Positions 60,531 to 64,000 of a stretch of DNA of 64,000 nucleotides are shown here, piece by piece; within the stretch, counting starts at the first letter, position 1, and every line of letters starts with the position of its first letter. Location: the NCBI RefSeq assembly GCF_009914755.1, contig NC_060931.1; one strand, given 5' to 3'. The notes under the pieces are model-generated. The model searched no databases. It saw only the letters and a program-made list of their open reading frames with translations, and was not told the DNA's origin. This DNA is from the human T2T-CHM13v2.0 reference genome, Homo sapiens. Both the position numbers and the translations under genes were made by a program.

Positions 60531-62921
60531 TCCTGCCTTTAGAAGAACCTGTAAATGTGCGGGTCTTCCCCTTTTGTCCTGCTAGCCAGCATTTATGCAG
60601 AGGAGCTACTATTTTTCATGTTAATGCCTCTCTTGCAGAGTAGTGGCAAAGAACAAAAGAGGGAATGAGTTAGAGCTCCCAGCACCCTGTCAGGCTCAAC
60701 AAAAGTAGGTTTATTTATTTAAAATTATGATCATGACTCAATGAGCACACTGGGAGGGCCTGCAAAGCATCCTAACTCAGATCATGCTGGCTGGTTACAT
60801 TGGAGGCCAGGGGCGAGAGGGACTTCGTGCTATTATTCTATCACTCAAAAAAGTTGAAACTGCTATTCCTTTACCTCAGCCTCCCCAAACCAGTCATGCT
60901 TTCTACTGCAGGCAGAATCCCAGATTCACTTTGGCTTTTTGTGAGAAACTTTGAAGATCTTCTTGCAAAAACATTTAAAACACAGAAATATTTTCCAAAA
61001 CTGAAGTTGAATCATGCTGTCCCTTTGTTTTATTGCTTGATTTTTTTTTTTCACAACACAGCATAGACTGACTTGTTCCCGTGTCAGTGCTACATTCTAG
61101 CTCATTCTTTCAAATGGCTGCATGGTTTTCTATTATATTTCTAATATAATGTATTAACTATTCCTACATTGATGGATGATGTGTTTCTAGCATTGCCAGG
61201 AACCTTGGAAGCTGTTGATGAGGTGCAATAATACTAATCAGGTGTCACAGATTAGGCAGCCAAACCTGGCCCCACCTAAGTTGCCTTGTTGACCACTCTT
61301 TGAGGGTCTCAAAGTCTGTTTCTCCTTCTGTGGAGAAAAGACTTAGCTCAATAAAAAGAATTAGTCCCAGGTTTGTAGGAGGATTAAAATACAATAATGT
61401 TTTATCAAGAGCTTTGAAAATTAAAGAGCAAAGTGTTGTTATATCATGACTGATCACAGCTAGTTTATTTAATAATGACTCCATTCTTTTTTCCAAACTT
61501 GTCACCTGAAAACGGGAGAGAGAGTGTTCAGAATAAACTGAGCCTTTCTAAGGCAGGCATGAAGTTGAAGCAAGCCTGGCTGGTGGGCATGTTGCTAAGT
61601 GCCCTTGGCAGCTCGAATTGCTCAGAGCACTCCTGCCTTTCCCATGGAATTCTGCAGCCCTGGGTATGTGTCTGCCCAGGGCTGGCTTCAGTCAGTCCAA
61701 TAGGCTTTCATTCCCCAAGTGAATCAATACCGAGAGAGTGATTTTCAAAGGGCTCAAGTCATTTGTAGTCTATCTGTATCCAGAATGTTATTTCAGCTTC
61801 TTTCCCACAGAGCAAATATCACCAGAGGGAAGACCGTATCTTTTTCGTATCTACACAGAAAAAAAGGGACAGTTTAGCACCCTCAGTAAAAGATACAAAG
61901 ATTTGAGGGTTTGGGGAGTTTTTATGTTTTCTTCCCCTGAAAATTTAAGAAAAGTAAAGCCAAAGGGCAGAGATGACTGGAATGGCAATTGCAGTTCTTT
62001 TCTGAATTTAGTACATGCTTGACATGGTAGACTTTCAGCAAGACTGAATACCTAGTAGGGGCTAGTCTTAGCTAGTTCCTTGCTGTCTCAACAGACTTTG
62101 CAAGAACAATCATTTTTAATTTCTCACTATCCTTATGATGAGTTTTAGGCAAAGAACATAAAATCAGCATGCACACACCTGGATGAAAAGTAAAATCAAT
62201 TAAACACAAGATAATTTTGTCTATATGATGCCATGCAGGCCTGTGAATTTTTATATCCCACATCTATTGACCAACTTTTGCATTTTTATTAAAAGAGTAG
62301 AAACAAATATTGACAGACACATAATACAGAACTAGGCAATATTTGTATAATGCTTCTTTTATTTTGTACTGTAATTCTATAAGCATTTTACAAACCAACA
62401 TTGTGAGCCTCAGTGTGATTAAGCAACTTGCCCCTCAGTGAAGAGATAGGAAGTGAACAGTGTGTTTTAAAGCAATTCTGTCTGGGATTGGAGCAAGTTC
62501 TCCTTCCACCTAAGGCCACAGGAGGGCCATGTTGATATAGACACAAATACAGTTCAGCTTGTGTCCTTGCCATTTCCATTTTTATTCAGACTGGTAAGAT
62601 CTGAGAAGTGCTCTTTTGTATTATTTTAATTACTTGTTGGAAGATGCACATCTAAATCTCTTTTGAATAAACATAGCTGCATACACAACCAAGTCACCTT
62701 CCCAAGTCTTAAGAAAATATGTACAGTTCTGTGTTTAACACTATTGCTTGTGAGTGTACTATTCTTAGCAAGAGTCCTGTTGATAGGAAGTATGCTTGAT
62801 TTTTAAATAGCAATGAATCCAGCTGCCTAATAGTTTAGAATTTTAATAAGAATTGAAAAACCTGGGCATTTCTTGAGCACCAGGCATTTTCACATATACT
62901 CACTGAGTTCCTATGCCCTGG

Positions 62922-63284
62922 TGTATTAATCCATTTTCATACTGCTATGAAGAAATACCCGAGACTGGGTAATTTATAAAGAAAAAAAGAGGTTTAGTGG
63001 ACTCACAGTTTCACATGGCTGGGGAGGCCTCACAACCATGGTGGAAGGTAGAAGAGGAGCAAAGTCACATCTTACATGATGGCAGGGAAGAGAGCATGTG
63101 GAGGGGAACTGCCCTTTATAAAACCATCATATCTCATGAGACTTACTCTCTATTGCAAGAACAGCACAGGAAAAACCTGCCCCCATGATTCAATTACCTC
63201 CCACTGAGCCCCACCCACGTGTGTGAATTATGGGAGCTACAATTCAAGGTGAGATTTGGGTGGGGTCACAGCCAAACCATATCA
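62922..63284 (-). mobile_element. THE1 (THE1C-like) MaLR LTR, the 3' LTR of the element
   Basis: TGTATTAATCCATTTTCATACTGCTATGAAGAAATACCCGAGACTGGG...CAGCCAAACCATATCA. Confidence 0.96.
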
Positions 63285-64000
63285 TTCCAGCCCAGCTCCT
63301 CCCACATCTCATGTCTTCACATTTTAAACCAATTATGTCTTTCCAACAGTCCCCCAAAGTCTTAACTGATTTCAGCACTAACTCAAAAGTCCACAGTCCA
63401 AGGTCTCATCTGAGACAAGGCAAGTTCTTCTGCCTATGAGCCTGTAGAAAACAAAAGCAAGTTAGTTAGTTCCTAGATACAATGGGGGTACAGGCATTGG
63501 GTAAATACAGCCATTCCAAATGAGAGAAATTGGGCAAAACAAAGGGACTACAGGCTCCATGCAAGTCTGAAATCCAGGAGGGCAGTCAAATCTTAAAGCT
63601 CCAAAATGATCTCGTCTGACTCCATGTCTCACATCTAGGTCATGCTGATGCAAGAGGTGGGTTCCCATGGTCTTGAGCAGCTCTGCCCCTGTGGCTTTGC
63701 AGGGTGCAGCCCCTCGGCCTGGCTGATTTCACAGGCTGGTGTTGAGTGTCTGAGGCTTTTCCAGGCACACAGTGTAAGCTGTTGGTGGATCTACCATTCT
63801 GGGGTCTGGAGGACAGAGGCCCTTTTCTCACAGCTCCACTAGGCAGTACCCCAGTGGGGACTCTGTGTGGGGAATCCCACCCCACATATCCCTTCCACAC
63901 TTCCCTAGAGGTTTCTCCATGAGGGCTCTGCCTGCTCTGCCTAGACACATAGACACTTCTACACATTCTCTGAAATCTAGTGGGAGGTTCCCAAATCTCA
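63285..64000 (-). mobile_element. THE1 internal region, continuing past the window end
   Basis: Polypurine tract adjacent to the LTR on the minus strand, then CAACAGTCCCCCAAAGTCTTAAC, TCTGAGACAAGGCAAG, GCTGATGCAAGAGGTGGGTTCCCATGG. Confidence 0.95.

Overview
Primate genomic DNA, most likely hominoid because it carries a young L1PA2/3-type LINE-1. It is AT-rich, CpG-depleted and dominated by interspersed repeats: a nested L1 cluster at 1-7.9 kb, a 5'-truncated young L1 at 11.4-13.4 kb, old L1M, L2 and MIR copies, three Alus, a 7SL retropseudogene, hAT and Tigger MITEs, ERVL/MaLR LTRs, and a THE1 element running off the right end. I find no recognisable host protein-coding exon. The only protein-like ORFs are broken L1 ORF2 fragments; the rest look like chance ORFs. 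I do not see a new biological system. The most interesting signals are mechanistic scars: (i) a twin-priming inversion that breaks inside the L1 ORF1 start codon; (ii) an old L1MA-like 3' end retro-inserted into a much younger L1; (iii) a templated insertion of Pol-theta type; (iv) shared non-consensus bases in two L1s of different subfamily 9,029 bp apart, suggesting ectopic gene conversion; (v) an inverted 7SL/AluJ pair. Subfamily calls and consensus comparisons rest on my recall of the consensus sequences and need RepeatMasker/Dfam confirmation. Boundaries of old elements are approximate.
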